Of a stretch of 64,000 bases of DNA, positions 17,075 to 27,320 are shown one piece after another (the first letter of the stretch is position 1; each line of letters starts with the position of its first letter). The DNA comes from Candidatus Marinacidobacterium sp. (lineage in GTDB: Bacteria; Acidobacteriota; Vicinamibacteria; Marinacidobacterales; Marinacidobacteraceae): contig OZ244852.1 in assembly GCA_965220965.1 (NCBI GenBank), positions 824,621 through 888,620 of the forward strand, written 5' to 3'. The notes beneath the pieces were generated by a model. It saw only the letters and a list, made by a program, of their open reading frames with translations, was not told the origin of the DNA and ran no database searches. Both the position numbers and the translations under genes were made by a program.

Positions 17075-18450
17075 CAGCGGAGTACGCGCCGCAGCACCGA
17101 GAGCTTGCCGCCGTACGGCGGGTAGCGGAGCGGGACGTCCAGCCACCTCGAGGCGGAGAACCAGGCGCGCTGCTGCGAGAGCCGGTCGAAGCCGTGAACC
17201 CCGTGGTAAGCGCCGAAGCCGCTCCGGCCCACGCCCCCGAAGGGAAGCGCGGGGTTGGCGCAGTGGACGACCGCGTCGTTCACCAGCACCGCCCCCGAGC
17301 GCACCGCCGCCGCCGCGGCCCGGACGACCCGCCGGCGGCGGGAGAAGACGTGGAGGACCAGCGGATCGGGATGCCGGGCGAGTTCGGCGAGCGCGTCGTC
17401 CAGCTTCCGGTACGGCAGCAGCGGCAGGATGGGTCCGAAGAGCTCCTCGCTGGCGGCCGGATGCCCCTCCGGCCAGGGGCCCGTCACGGTGGGGGCGAAG
17501 CGGAGCGTTTCCCGGTCCCGCTCTCCCCCGCGGAGCAGCGGCAGGCCGTCCAGCATGCCGGTCAGCCGGTCGAAGTGGGCGCGGTGGACGATCCGGCCGA
17601 AGTCGGGACTGCTGGCGGGGTCCTCCCCGTAGAACCCGTCGAGTGCGCGGAACAGTTCGCTCCGGAAGCGGTCGTATTGGCTCGCCGGGACGAGGACGAA
17701 GTCGGGCGCTACGCAGGTCTGCCCCGCGTTCAGGAATTTCCCCCACGCCAACCGGCGGGCGGCCAGGCGGATATTGGCCTTCTCATCGATCAGGGCCGGA
17801 CATTTTCCTCCCAATTCGAGCGTAACCGGGGTCAAAGTCCGTCCGGCGGCCTCGGCGACGCGCGCTCCCGCGGCGCGGCTCCCGGTGAAGACGATGTGGT
17901 CGAAGGAACCGGAGGAGGCGAGCGCGGCCCCGGTCCGGGCGTCCCCGGAAACGACCTCGATGTGCCCCTCGGCCAGGACTCCCGGAACCCGCGCCGCGAG
18001 CAGCCCCGCGGTCGCCGGGGCGTGTTCCGAGGGCTTCAGCACCACCGTGTTGCCCGCCGCGATCGCCGCGACCGCCGGCCCAAGGCTCAACTGCAGGGGG
18101 TAGTTCCAGGGGGCGATCACCAGGACGACCCCCAGGGGCTCGGAGGTGATCCGGCTGCGCGCCGGCATCGTGGCCAGCGCGGTGGAGACCCGCTGCGGGC
18201 GCATCCAGCGGCGCAGGTTTCGGCGGGCCTGGCGGGCCTCCTGGACGACGAGACCGGTCTGCGCCGCCCACGCCTCGAACGGCGGACACCCGAGATCCTC
18301 CGCCAGCGCCCCCTCCCACGCCGCGCGGTCCTCCACCAGGAGGCGCTCGAGCGCCCGGAGCGCGCCGCGACGGAACGCGATCTCCCGCGGAGCGCCCGAA
18401 GACGCGAGACTCCGGGCCCGCTCGACGGCTCGCGTCAGCCCCTCGTCCAC
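17074..18450 (-). CDS. NAD(P)-dependent aldehyde dehydrogenase (ALDH3/coniferyl-aldehyde-DH-like)
   Basis: ELGGKCP (catalytic Glu) and NAGQTCVAPDFVLV (catalytic Cys), PFGGVGRSGFG near the C-terminus, 458 aa. Confidence 0.85.
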   Translation of the reverse strand: MDEGLTRAVERARSLASSGAPREIAFRRGALRALERLLVEDRAAWEGALAEDLGCPPFEAWAAQTGLVVQEARQARRNLRRWMRPQRVSTALATMPARSRITSEPLGVVLVIAPWNYPLQLSLGPAVAAIAAGNTVVLKPSEHAPATAGLLAARVPGVLAEGHIEVVSGDARTGAALASSGSFDHIVFTGSRAAGARVAEAAGRTLTPVTLELGGKCPALIDEKANIRLAARRLAWGKFLNAGQTCVAPDFVLVPASQYDRFRSELFRALDGFYGEDPASSPDFGRIVHRAHFDRLTGMLDGLPLLRGGERDRETLRFAPTVTGPWPEGHPAASEELFGPILPLLPYRKLDDALAELARHPDPLVLHVFSRRRRVVRAAAAAVRSGAVLVNDAVVHCANPALPFGGVGRSGFGAYHGVHGFDRLSQQRAWFSASRWLDVPLRYPPYGGKLSVLRRVLR

Positions 18451-18495
18451 CTCGGCCGCGCAGTATAGGGGGCGCGGGTAGACTCGCGGGCCGCC

Positions 18496-19164
18496 GTGTC
18501 GTATCCGATTCCTGACTCAGCTCTCCCGTCGCCACGGGCCGCGCTTCCTGGCCGCGCCGAGGCGATGCCGGTTCCCGCGCGCCACTTCGTGCTGGACGCC
18601 CCGCTCACTCCGCCCTGGCCCGAGGGCGTTGCGGAGACCTTCTTCGGCATGGGGTGCTTCTGGGGCGCCGAGCGGCTGTTCTGGAAGATTCCCGGGGTCT
18701 ACACCACGGCCGTCGGCTTCGCGGGCGGCGTCACTCCGAACCCCTCCTACCGCGAGGTGTGCACCGGCGCCACCGGGCACGCCGAGATCGTGCGCGTCGT
18801 CTTTCGACCGGAGCAGGTCTCGTTCGTCGAGCTGTTGCGCACCTTCTGGGAGCAGCACGACCCGACGCAGGGGATGCGGCAGGGGAACGACATCGGGACG
18901 CAGTACCGCTCCGCCATCTATGCCGTGGGCGGGGAGCAGCTCCGGGAGGCGCGCGCCGCGCAGGGCGTCTACGCCGAGCGGCTCGGCGCCGCCGGGTTCG
19001 GCGCGATCACGACCGAGATCCGCGACGCGCCGGACTTCTTCTACGCCGAGGAATACCACCAGCAGTACCTCGCGAAGAACCCGGCCGGATACTGCGGGAT
19101 CGGGGGAACCGGGGTGTCCTGCCCGGCGCCTCCCCCGAACGGCGCGGGCGCCAACGGGGCGTGA
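18496..19164 (+). CDS. msrA: Peptide-methionine (S)-S-oxide reductase MsrA
   Basis: [11 protein letters not shown]...[54 protein letters not shown]...[17 protein letters not shown]...[24 protein letters not shown] is collinear with E. coli MsrA. Confidence 0.95.
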   Translation: MSYPIPDSALPSPRAALPGRAEAMPVPARHFVLDAPLTPPWPEGVAETFFGMGCFWGAERLFWKIPGVYTTAVGFAGGVTPNPSYREVCTGATGHAEIVRVVFRPEQVSFVELLRTFWEQHDPTQGMRQGNDIGTQYRSAIYAVGGEQLREARAAQGVYAERLGAAGFGAITTEIRDAPDFFYAEEYHQQYLAKNPAGYCGIGGTGVSCPAPPPNGAGANGA

Positions 19165-19577
19165 GCGCCTCGTCCGCGAGCCCCGCCGGGACGGGGGACG
19201 CTGACCCCCGCGACGAGGCTTCGGAGGCCGCCCTCAAGGCCCGGTCGCTCGGGCTCGGCGGCGTCCGGCGGCACATCTTCCTGTGCGCCGACGCCTCGAA
19301 CCCCAAGTGTTGCCCTCCGGACCTCGCCGACCGGTCCTGGCGCCACCTGAAGGCGCGCCTCGACGAGCTGGGCCTGGCCTGCGGGCCCGCCGGCGGCCCC
19401 GTCGCCCGCACCAAGGCCAATTGTCTGCGGATCTGCGCCGAGGGGCCGATCGCGGTCGTCTACCCGGAGGGCGTCTGGTACCGGGGCATGACCCCCGAGG
19501 CGCTCGACCGGGTCATCGAGAGCCACCTCGCCGGCGGCGCGCCGGTTCCCGAGCACCGCATCCCGACGCCCCGCTGA
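19161..19577 (+). CDS. Thioredoxin-like [2Fe-2S] ferredoxin family protein
   Basis: GTG at 19161 overlaps the msrA stop (GTGA). [14 protein letters not shown]...[22 protein letters not shown] shows the Cys pattern and fold signature of TRX-like ferredoxins / sucrase-ferredoxin-like proteins. Confidence 0.65.
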   Translation: MSASSASPAGTGDADPRDEASEAALKARSLGLGGVRRHIFLCADASNPKCCPPDLADRSWRHLKARLDELGLACGPAGGPVARTKANCLRICAEGPIAVVYPEGVWYRGMTPEALDRVIESHLAGGAPVPEHRIPTPR

Positions 19578-19593
19578 GCCCCGGGGGCCGCCG

Positions 19594-22500
19594 CTACAGG
19601 ACGCGGCGGAGGAGCGTCTCCGCCTCGGCGGGCGTGATGCCGCGCCGGGCGGCGTAGTCCTCGAGCTGGTCCCTCCCGATCCTGCCGACCGAGAAGTAGC
19701 GGGCCTCGGGGCTCGCGAAGTAGAGCCCGGCGACCGACGCGGTCGGGGTGATCGCGAAGGACTCGGTGAGACGGACGCCGATCGCCGCCTCGGCGTCGAG
19801 GGCGTCGAAGATCTCGCGCGCGATCCCGGGGTCCGGGGTCCCCGGGTAGCCGGGAGCGGGCCGGATCCCGCGGTAGCGCTCGCGGAGGAGGTCCTCGGGT
19901 TCCAGGTTTTCCTCTTCGCCGTACCCCAGCTCGCGGCGCGCCGTCTCGTGGAGCTTCTCGGCGAGCGCCTCGGCGAGCCGGTCGGCGAGCGACCGCAGGA
20001 GGAGCGCGTCGTAGTCGTCGCTGGCGCGTTCGGCGGCGGCCACCGCCGTCTCGAGGCCGAGGCCGGCGGTGACGGCGAACATGCCGACCACATCCGCCCC
20101 TCCGGCGGCCGGGGCGCCGGCGCCGCCGTCCCCGAGGAAGTCGGCGAGCGCCAGGCGGGGCCCCTTCCGGTCTTCCTGCTGGCGAAGCGTCGGGATCCGG
20201 AACCGGGGCGGGCCGGACGCCGAGCGCGGTTCCCACACCAGGATGTCGTCGCCCTCCCGCGCGGCCGGGAAGAACCCGTAGACCGCGGCGGCGCGCAGTT
20301 CGTCGCCGGTGGCGAGCGCCGCGGCCCGGGCGCGGGCGGCGGCGAGCAGCTCGCGGGCCGCCGATCCGGAGTCCGGGTGATCCAGCAACGCCGGGAAGGT
20401 TCCCCGGAACTGCCAGGCGTGGAAGAACGGGGTCCAGTCGATGTAGGGGAGCAGCTCCCGGATCGCGATCTCGCGCAGGACGCGCACCCCCAGGAACCGG
20501 GGCCGGACATCCGTGGCCCGGGGGAAGCGGGGCGCGCGCCGGCGGGCCTCGGCGAGCGACAGCAGCGGCGGCCGCCCCTCCTCGCCGCGCTCGCGCAGCC
20601 GGCTCTGGGACCGCCGCAGTTCGGCGACATAGTCCTCCCGCTCGTCGCCCAGCAGGGACCGCGCGACCCCGGACGCCAGCGAGGCGTCCCGGACGTGGAC
20701 CACCGGGCCGGAGCGGGTGGGGGCGAGGCGCAGCGCGGTGTGGCGCGCCGAGGTCGTGGCGCCGCCGATGAGGAGCGGCCGGTGGTCGCCGCGGCGCTCC
20801 ATCTCGACGGCGAACCGCTCCATCTCGGCGAGCGACGGGGTGATGAGTCCGGAGAGCCCGACGAGCGCCGCGCCCCCGGCGTTGGCGCGCTCGAGGATCC
20901 GGTCGGCGGGGACCATGACCCCGAGGTCGTCGACCTCGTAGCCGTTGCACGCCAGCACGATCCCCACGATGCTCTTCCCGATGTCGTGAACATCCCCCTT
21001 CACGGTGGCGAGGACGATCCGGTCGCGGCGATCCGCGGCCTGCTCGTCGTTCCGCATGAAGGGTTCGAGCCGGGCGACCGCCCGCTTCATGACGCGGGCG
21101 CTCTTGACCACCTGGGGCAGGAACATCCGTCCATCGCCGAACCGCTCGCCCACGACCCGCATCCCGTCCATCAGCGGTCCCTCGATCACCCCGAGGGCCG
21201 ACCCGATCCCGGCGAGCGCCTCGTCGGTGTCGGCCTCGATGAAGTCGGTGAAGCCCTGAACGACGGCGTGGGCGAGCCGCTCTTCGACCGGCAGCGCGCG
21301 CCAGGCGTCGTCCGCGCCGCGGCTGGAAGCCTGGGCGCGGGCCTCCGAGGCCACCTCGAGAAGCCGCTCCGACGCGTCCGGTCGGCGCGCCAGGACCACA
21401 TCCTCCACCCGCTCGCGCAGGTCTTCGGGGATGTCGTCGTAGGCCGGGAGGCGGCCGGCGTTCACGATCCCCATATCGAGGCCGGCGGCGATGGCGTGGT
21501 GGAGGAACACCGCGTTCATCGCCTGTCGCACGCCCTCGTTGCCGCGGAAGGCGAACGAGAGATTCGAGACCCCCCCGGAGAGCAGCGATCCGGGACAGGC
21601 CTCGCGGATCCGGGGAAGCGCGTTCAGGAACTCGAGCGCATAGCGGTCGTGCTCCGCGATCCCGGTGGCGACCGCGAGGACGTTCGGGTCGAAGGCGATG
21701 TCCCCCGGCGGAACCCCGATGCCGGTGAGGAGGCGGTAGGCGCGGGCGCAGATCGCGGTCTTGCGGTCGGCGTCGACCGCCTGGCCCTCCTCGTCGAACG
21801 CCATCACGATGAGCGCGGCGCCGTAGCGGCGCACCCGCCGCGCGGAGTCGAGGAAAGCCTCCTCCCCGTCCTTGAGCGAGAGCGAGTTCACCACGCCCTT
21901 GCCGGGAAGCTGGCGGAGCCCGGCCTCGATCACGTCGAGGTCGGAGCTGTCCACGACCACCGGCAGCCGGGCGATGTCCGGCTCCATCGCCACCAGCCGC
22001 AGGAACCGGCTCATGCAGCCGGCCGAGTCGAGGAGCGCCTCGTCCATGTTGACGTCGATGAGGTTCGCGCCCCCGGCCACCTGATCCTGCGCCACGCCGA
22101 TGGCGGCCTCGAAGCGCTCGCGCCGGATGAGCCGCGCGAACCGGCGCGAGCCGGTGACGTTCGTGCGTTCGCCGACGATGAGGAAGGCCCGCTCCGGCCG
22201 CACCAGTGGCTCGTTTCCGGCGAGGCGCAGTCCGGACCGGGCGGCGGGGACCTCGCGCGGCGCCGCGCCCCGGAGCGCCTTCCGGACGGCGTCGATGTGC
22301 TCCGGCGTCGTGCCGCAGCAGCCCCCGGTGAAGTTGAGCAGGCCCTGGCGCGCGAGGTCCCGGAGCGCCGACGCGGTGGCGACGGGGATCTCGTCGTAGC
22401 CGCCGAGTTCGTTCGGCAGTCCGGCGTTCGGGACGGCGCCCACCGGGACCGGGGCGTAGCGCGCCATGCGCTCCAGGATCGGACCCATCGCCTCCGCGCC

Positions 22501-23250
22501 GAGCGAGCAGTTCACCCCGGCCGCCGTGACGCCGGCGTGCTCGACGGACACCCAGAACGCCTCGGCGTCCTGCCCCGTCAGGTTCCGGCCTCCCTGATCC
22601 ACCGCGGTGAACGAGACCAGGAGCCCGGGGTCACCGGGGGCCTCGGACATCGCCTCGGCGCAGGCGTCGAGCGCCGCCTTGGCGTTCAGCGTGTCGAAGC
22701 AGGTCTCGACCAGCAGCAGGTCCGCCCCGCCGGCGAGGAGCCCTCGCGCCTGTTCCAGGTAGGCGGCGCGGAGTTCCTCCCAGCCGATGGCCCGGTACGC
22801 CGGATCGGCCACATCGGGCGACACGCTGAGCGTCCGGTTCGTCGGGCCCATCGAGCCCAGCACGAACACCGGCCGGTCGGGCTGGAACGCCTCGATGGCG
22901 CGACGGGCGACGCGGGCGCCGGCGCGGTTGATCTCGAACGCGAAGTCCTCGAGGCCGTAGTCGGTGAGGGAGACCGCGGTCCCGTTGAACGTGTTCGTGG
23001 TGAGCGCATCGGCGCCCGCCGCGAGGTAGTCCAGGTGGACGCGCTCCACGAGCTCCGGACCGGTGAGGCAGAGGACGTCGTGAAGCCCCGCGAGCGGTTT
23101 CGGGTGTTCCCGGAGCCGGTCGCCGCGGAAGGCGGACTCCTCCAGCCGCAGCGCCTGAAGCATCGTCCCGATCGCCCCGTCGAACACGAGGATGCGCTCG
23201 CCGAGCGCCTCCCGGAAGGCGGCCCGGCCGCCGCGCGCCGCGCCGCTCAT
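19594..23250 (-). CDS. metH: Cobalamin-dependent methionine synthase MetH
   Basis: Hcy-binding domain ([24 protein letters not shown]), pterin-binding domain, B12-binding GDVHDIGK (DxHxxG), and C-terminal reactivation domain. The most plausible start is the ATG at 23250 (MSGAARGG...). The ORF-track start at 23388 adds 46 non-conserved residues. Confidence 0.95.
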   Translation of the reverse strand: MSGAARGGRAAFREALGERILVFDGAIGTMLQALRLEESAFRGDRLREHPKPLAGLHDVLCLTGPELVERVHLDYLAAGADALTTNTFNGTAVSLTDYGLEDFAFEINRAGARVARRAIEAFQPDRPVFVLGSMGPTNRTLSVSPDVADPAYRAIGWEELRAAYLEQARGLLAGGADLLLVETCFDTLNAKAALDACAEAMSEAPGDPGLLVSFTAVDQGGRNLTGQDAEAFWVSVEHAGVTAAGVNCSLGAEAMGPILERMARYAPVPVGAVPNAGLPNELGGYDEIPVATASALRDLARQGLLNFTGGCCGTTPEHIDAVRKALRGAAPREVPAARSGLRLAGNEPLVRPERAFLIVGERTNVTGSRRFARLIRRERFEAAIGVAQDQVAGGANLIDVNMDEALLDSAGCMSRFLRLVAMEPDIARLPVVVDSSDLDVIEAGLRQLPGKGVVNSLSLKDGEEAFLDSARRVRRYGAALIVMAFDEEGQAVDADRKTAICARAYRLLTGIGVPPGDIAFDPNVLAVATGIAEHDRYALEFLNALPRIREACPGSLLSGGVSNLSFAFRGNEGVRQAMNAVFLHHAIAAGLDMGIVNAGRLPAYDDIPEDLRERVEDVVLARRPDASERLLEVASEARAQASSRGADDAWRALPVEERLAHAVVQGFTDFIEADTDEALAGIGSALGVIEGPLMDGMRVVGERFGDGRMFLPQVVKSARVMKRAVARLEPFMRNDEQAADRRDRIVLATVKGDVHDIGKSIVGIVLACNGYEVDDLGVMVPADRILERANAGGAALVGLSGLITPSLAEMERFAVEMERRGDHRPLLIGGATTSARHTALRLAPTRSGPVVHVRDASLASGVARSLLGDEREDYVAELRRSQSRLRERGEEGRPPLLSLAEARRRAPRFPRATDVRPRFLGVRVLREIAIRELLPYIDWTPFFHAWQFRGTFPALLDHPDSGSAARELLAAARARAAALATGDELRAAAVYGFFPAAREGDDILVWEPRSASGPPRFRIPTLRQQEDRKGPRLALADFLGDGGAGAPAAGGADVVGMFAVTAGLGLETAVAAAERASDDYDALLLRSLADRLAEALAEKLHETARRELGYGEEENLEPEDLLRERYRGIRPAPGYPGTPDPGIAREIFDALDAEAAIGVRLTESFAITPTASVAGLYFASPEARYFSVGRIGRDQLEDYAARRGITPAEAETLLRRVL

Positions 23251-23386
23251 GCTGGCGCGCAGTCTAGGGCGGCCCCAGTCGGTCTCCGGGCCGCCCGGTA
23301 CCATCCCCGAGCCTCGCCGGATGGCCGGGCGGGCCGCTCCGGAGCCCGTCCCGCCCGGGCGGGCGTTGACAACAGGCTCCCCGCTC

Positions 23387-24625
23387 ATGCCCCTTCATCT
23401 CTGGGTCGCCGTCGCCATCGTGGGCGGCATCGCGACCGGCGTCGCGCTCGGCGAGACGGCGGCGCTCCTGCAGCCGATCGCGGACCTGTTCGTCCAGCTC
23501 CTGCGGATGCTCATCGCGCCGTTGATCTTCATCACGCTCTCGCTGGCGATCATCGGGATCCGCGGGCGCACCGCCGGGAGCATCGGTCTGCGGGTCTTCC
23601 TCTACAACCTCGCGACCCTCGGCGCGGCGCTCGTCATCGGGATCGGTTTCGCGGTCTGGATCGGGCCCGGCGTCGGCGTCGACCTGTCGGCGCTCGGAGG
23701 CGTACCGGATGACCCCGGAACCGGGGCGGCGCCCACCGGCCGATCCTTCGGCGACATCCTCGTCGGCATCGTGCCTTCGAGCATCGGTCGCGCCTTCGTG
23801 GAAGGCGATGTGCTCCAGGTCCTGTTCCTGTCGATCGTGTTCGGCTTCGCGGTGAACGCGTTGGGCGCCGAGCGGACAAAGCCGCTGGTGGCTGTCCTGC
23901 GCGCCGTGAACGACGTCCTCTACCGGGTCGTCGGGTGGGTCGTGCGGCTCGCGCCGCTGGGCGTCTTTGCGATCCTCGCCGCAGTCGTTGGCCAGTCGGG
24001 CCTCGGAGTGCTGGGCGCGCTCGGCTGGTACATGGGGGTCTGCCTCATCGCCGCGACCGTGCAGGTGGTGGGCGTTCACGGGGGCGCGGTGCGGCTCCTG
24101 GCCGGGCAACCGATCCGGAACATGCTGCGGGCGCTGCGCGAGCCGCTCCCGGTCGCGTTCGCCTCGGTCTCCACCGCCGCGGCCCTCCCGGTGTCCATGG
24201 CCTCGGTCCCGGAGGCGACCGGGATCTCCCGCCGGGTCGCGGGGTTCGCGCTCCCGTTCGGCGCGGCGGTGGGCCGCGACTCGAGCGGGATCTACCAGGT
24301 CGTCTCGGTCGTCACGATCGCGCAGCTCGTCGGGGAGCCGCTCGCCGGCGTCCAGTTCGCGGTGCTCTGGGTCACCGCGATCCTCAGCTCCTGGGCGGTG
24401 TCGGCGGTTCCCGGCGCCAGCTTCGTGAATCTCACGATCCTGCTCGGCGCGATGGGCCTACCGCTCCACCTCTCGGTCCTCGTCCTCGCGGTGGAGCGCC
24501 CGCTCGACCACCTGCGCACCTCGGGGAACCTCATCGGTCAGCTCTCGAACGCGGTCTTCACCGGGGCCACGTCCGGGGAGATCGGCCCTCCGGGCCGGAG
24601 CAGGACCGCCGCTCCGGTGACCTGA
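23387..24625 (+). CDS. Dicarboxylate/amino acid:cation symporter (DAACS/GltP-DctA family)
   Basis: From the ATG at 23387: [22 protein letters not shown]...[18 protein letters not shown], polytopic, with [18 protein letters not shown] and SAVPGASFV segments typical of the family. Confidence 0.8.
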   Translation: MPLHLWVAVAIVGGIATGVALGETAALLQPIADLFVQLLRMLIAPLIFITLSLAIIGIRGRTAGSIGLRVFLYNLATLGAALVIGIGFAVWIGPGVGVDLSALGGVPDDPGTGAAPTGRSFGDILVGIVPSSIGRAFVEGDVLQVLFLSIVFGFAVNALGAERTKPLVAVLRAVNDVLYRVVGWVVRLAPLGVFAILAAVVGQSGLGVLGALGWYMGVCLIAATVQVVGVHGGAVRLLAGQPIRNMLRALREPLPVAFASVSTAAALPVSMASVPEATGISRRVAGFALPFGAAVGRDSSGIYQVVSVVTIAQLVGEPLAGVQFAVLWVTAILSSWAVSAVPGASFVNLTILLGAMGLPLHLSVLVLAVERPLDHLRTSGNLIGQLSNAVFTGATSGEIGPPGRSRTAAPVT

Positions 24626-24638
24626 CCGGGGGCTGGCG

Positions 24639-25652
24639 ATGGTTCAGCGGGCGCGTCCGGTTCTGATCGCCCTGGCGTGGCTGGGTCTGCTGGCGGCGGG
24701 GTGCGGGGGCGACCCGGCCAGCGGGCCCGCGGTTCCCGCCGGACCGGTTCCGGCGGACGCCAGCGTCCGGGGGGTCGTGACCGCCACCGTGACCGGCGGA
24801 CCGGTGGCGGGGGCCGTCTTCACCGTCGGCGGGAGCGTGGCGGGCCGGTCGGGAAGCGACGGATCGTTCGGCCTCGAGCTTGCCGATGGCGTCCACCAGG
24901 TCACGGTTGCGGCGCCGGGCTACGTCGAGCGGGTCACGCGGATCCGGTCTCCCGCCACCGACGTTGCGGTGGACGTGATCCCCGAGGCGGCGCCGTGGAC
25001 GCTCGAGTTCTATCGGGAACTGGCCCGGAACGGCGCCGGGGGCGGCGAACTCGAACCGCTCGTCCGGTGGGAGGTCGAACCGGTCTTCTACATCGACACC
25101 CGCCCGGAGCCCGCCACCAGGGAGGCGATCCCGCCGGAGACCGTCGCCTTCGTCCGCGAGGCGATCCGGGTCTCGGTGTCGCTGCTCACCGGCGGCCGGT
25201 TCACCGGGGAACAGGTCCATGTGACCAATGAGCCGCCTCCGGATCTGACCCCCGGGACGGTCGTTCTTCGCTGGGACGCCAGGGAAGTGGCCGATGTCGC
25301 CGGGACCGCAAACGCCTTCGCCTTCCACGTCGGCGGTCCGGCGAATGTCGTGGTGTTCCGGCACATCGAGCAGACCTGGGCGGTCCACCATGAAATCGGC
25401 CACGTGATGGGGCTCTATCACCCGCTCGGGGGGTACCGCCCGACGCACATGTGGTACTCGGGCAACCTCGAGCCGCCCCACTTCACCGAGTGGGATCTGT
25501 TCCACGCGCGGGTGCTCTACTCGCGCCCTCCGGGGAACGTGGATATCGACCGGGACCCTCCCGGCTTCGCGCTCGGCGGCCCGGCAGCGACGACGGGAGC
25601 GGTCGCCGCCCCGCGCGGTCCGGTGATCTGCCCGCCGTCGCCGGCGCGCTGA
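24639..25652 (+). CDS. Lipoprotein zinc metalloprotease (HExxH) with N-terminal carboxypeptidase-regulatory-like beta domain
   Basis: Lipobox LGLLAAGCGG; VRGVVTATVTGGPVAGAVFTVGG (CarboxypepD_reg-like); zinc motif HHEIGHVMGLYHP. Confidence 0.65.
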   Translation: MVQRARPVLIALAWLGLLAAGCGGDPASGPAVPAGPVPADASVRGVVTATVTGGPVAGAVFTVGGSVAGRSGSDGSFGLELADGVHQVTVAAPGYVERVTRIRSPATDVAVDVIPEAAPWTLEFYRELARNGAGGGELEPLVRWEVEPVFYIDTRPEPATREAIPPETVAFVREAIRVSVSLLTGGRFTGEQVHVTNEPPPDLTPGTVVLRWDAREVADVAGTANAFAFHVGGPANVVVFRHIEQTWAVHHEIGHVMGLYHPLGGYRPTHMWYSGNLEPPHFTEWDLFHARVLYSRPPGNVDIDRDPPGFALGGPAATTGAVAAPRGPVICPPSPAR

Positions 25653-25667
25653 CGAGAACGGACTGCG

Positions 25668-27320
25668 CTAGCCGAGCAGCAGGTTCCGGGCCCGCCGGTC
25701 GGCGCGCGGGTCCTCGAACGACGCGAGCAGCCAGTTCGCGAACCCGGGGCCGTAGCGGTTCCGGAAGACCGCCGGGCTGAGTCGGCGCTCCTGGGGGACG
25801 CCTTCGGGAAACAGACCGTTGCGGGCGCGCAGGAAGCGGGCCCGGCGCTCCTCGTCGCGCCGCTTGGCGGCGCGCACCGCCCGTTTTTCCAGTCCGTCCA
25901 GGATCGCGAGCATCTTCCCCCGGGTTCGTTGCGCCGTGGGGCCGAGGCTGTGGTCGAGCGCCTCGACGGCGGACTCGACGGCCCGAAGGCCGGCGTCGAG
26001 ATCGGCGCGGGTGGCGGCGATCGCCGCGGCGACTCCGGGGTCTTCGGTCACCCGGTTCAGCGCCGCCTCGTCCCGGGCGGCCAGTTCGTCGAAATCGATC
26101 CCGTCGCGGTCCACGACGCGAAGCTGCGAGGCGTTCATCACCGTCACCTGGTGGCGGGGCGTGACCAGCGGGCGCGGGATCCCGTGGAGCCCGTAGAGGC
26201 CGCCGATCTGGGCGTGGTAGGCGATCTCGGACGGGCCGGCGACGTAGGCGAGCGTCGGAAGCAGGAAGTCCTGGATCAGCGGGCGGAGCAGGACCGCGGC
26301 GCTGAGCCGCTCCGGCGCGGCCCGGAGCGCATCGGGCGCCAGCTCTTCGGCGCGCGCTCTCCGGCGGGCGCCCGACTCGTCGGTCACGAAGACGCCGTAT
26401 CCCTCGGGCGTCGCCTGCCCGGAGTAGCCGGCGGCCTCGATGCGGGCGGTGCTCCTCCGGATGCGTCGACGCCCGTCCTCCCCGGCGGCGGCCCGTTCGT
26501 ACACCGCCAGAGCGGACTGCTTGAAGACCGGAGCGCCGCCGTCCATCGCGACGAGCCCGGTTCCGCGGGTCAGGCGCAGGACGAATCGGGTGAAGGCCTC
26601 GCCGAGGGAGTGGCCGGGCGCATAGGCGGCGTGAAGCGCCTCCGCGACCTCGCCCGAGAAGTCGGTCGCCGGAAGCGCTTCGGTGAAGGCGGAGACGAGG
26701 TCGGGGATCGACTCGTCCAGAAGTCGGCGGGCCGCCGGGAGGCGGAGCGCCGCGTCGGCGGGCTCGTAGCGGAACACGCGGGCTTCCCCGGCGGGGTCGA
26801 GCAGCCAGGCGTCGCGCACCTCTTCGAAGTCGTGGTCGTCCGACTCGACCCAGAAGACCGGAACGACCGGGTTCCCGACGATGGCTTCGAGTTCGCGGGC
26901 GGTCGCGACCGCCGACATGGCCTTGGCCAGCGAGTAGAGCGGACCGCCGAAGAGGCCGGCCTGCTGTCCGGTGACGACCACCAGGACGCCGGGCTCGGCG
27001 ATCCGGGCGGCGGCGGCCACCGCGAGCGCGTCGCCGCCGAGGGTCTCGTTCGTGTGGACGAGCGCGGCTGCGGTGGCCTCGCGCGGATGGGGGAACGCGC
27101 TCACCGAGGCGGCCGTCCGCTCCGCCACCGCAGGATCGAACGGGTCGGGGAGCAGATCGGCGAAGGCTCCGGGGTCCGCGGCCCAGGCGGGGAAGAACCC
27201 GCGGGCGGCGCCGGGCGGAACGAGCGGCAGCGTGCGCAGGAAGCCGCTCCCGGCGGCTCCGGGGAGGCCCGCAGCGGGGGCGGCGGACTCGCGCGGCGAG
27301 GTGACGGCGCCTCCGTTCAT
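25668..27320 (-). CDS. bshC: Bacillithiol biosynthesis cysteine-adding enzyme BshC
   Basis: ATG at 27320 (MNGGAVTSP...). About 550 aa. Hallmark LVVVTGQQAGLFGGPLYSLAKAMSAV, and a C-terminal coiled region as in BshC/YllA. The upstream 199 codons of the ORF-track entry overlap lepB out of frame. Confidence 0.75.
   Translation of the reverse strand: MNGGAVTSPRESAAPAAGLPGAAGSGFLRTLPLVPPGAARGFFPAWAADPGAFADLLPDPFDPAVAERTAASVSAFPHPREATAAALVHTNETLGGDALAVAAAARIAEPGVLVVVTGQQAGLFGGPLYSLAKAMSAVATARELEAIVGNPVVPVFWVESDDHDFEEVRDAWLLDPAGEARVFRYEPADAALRLPAARRLLDESIPDLVSAFTEALPATDFSGEVAEALHAAYAPGHSLGEAFTRFVLRLTRGTGLVAMDGGAPVFKQSALAVYERAAAGEDGRRRIRRSTARIEAAGYSGQATPEGYGVFVTDESGARRRARAEELAPDALRAAPERLSAAVLLRPLIQDFLLPTLAYVAGPSEIAYHAQIGGLYGLHGIPRPLVTPRHQVTVMNASQLRVVDRDGIDFDELAARDEAALNRVTEDPGVAAAIAATRADLDAGLRAVESAVEALDHSLGPTAQRTRGKMLAILDGLEKRAVRAAKRRDEERRARFLRARNGLFPEGVPQERRLSPAVFRNRYGPGFANWLLASFEDPRADRRARNLLLG

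Noticed and set aside
17075-17746. Upstream extension of the kinase/PLP fusion ORF (1031-aa track entry); similar extensions at 27321..27917 (bshC), 12908..14410 (tlpA-like), 34368..34757 (ccp), 38016..38798 (TPR-peptidase), 1300..2406 (pilin-like), 23251..23388 (metH)
   Set aside because: Each extension overlaps a well-supported neighbouring gene out of frame and is Arg/Pro/Gly-rich. Internal starts that give ATGA/GTGA coupling or proper signal peptides fit better.
23366-23371. Perfect TTGACA hexamer upstream of the DAACS transporter
   Set aside because: It lies only 15 nt before the ATG at 23387. That leaves no room for a -10 element and transcription start for this gene, so it was not called as a promoter.
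23251-23386. Possible SAM or cobalamin riboswitch upstream of metH, and likewise 29878..29972 upstream of the Hcy-MT/MTHFR gene
   Set aside because: The spacers are short (136 and 95 nt) and shared with divergent genes. I could not find SAM-I/II/IV or B12-box (for example GCCACUG-like) core elements. A covariance-model scan (Rfam) would be the decisive check.
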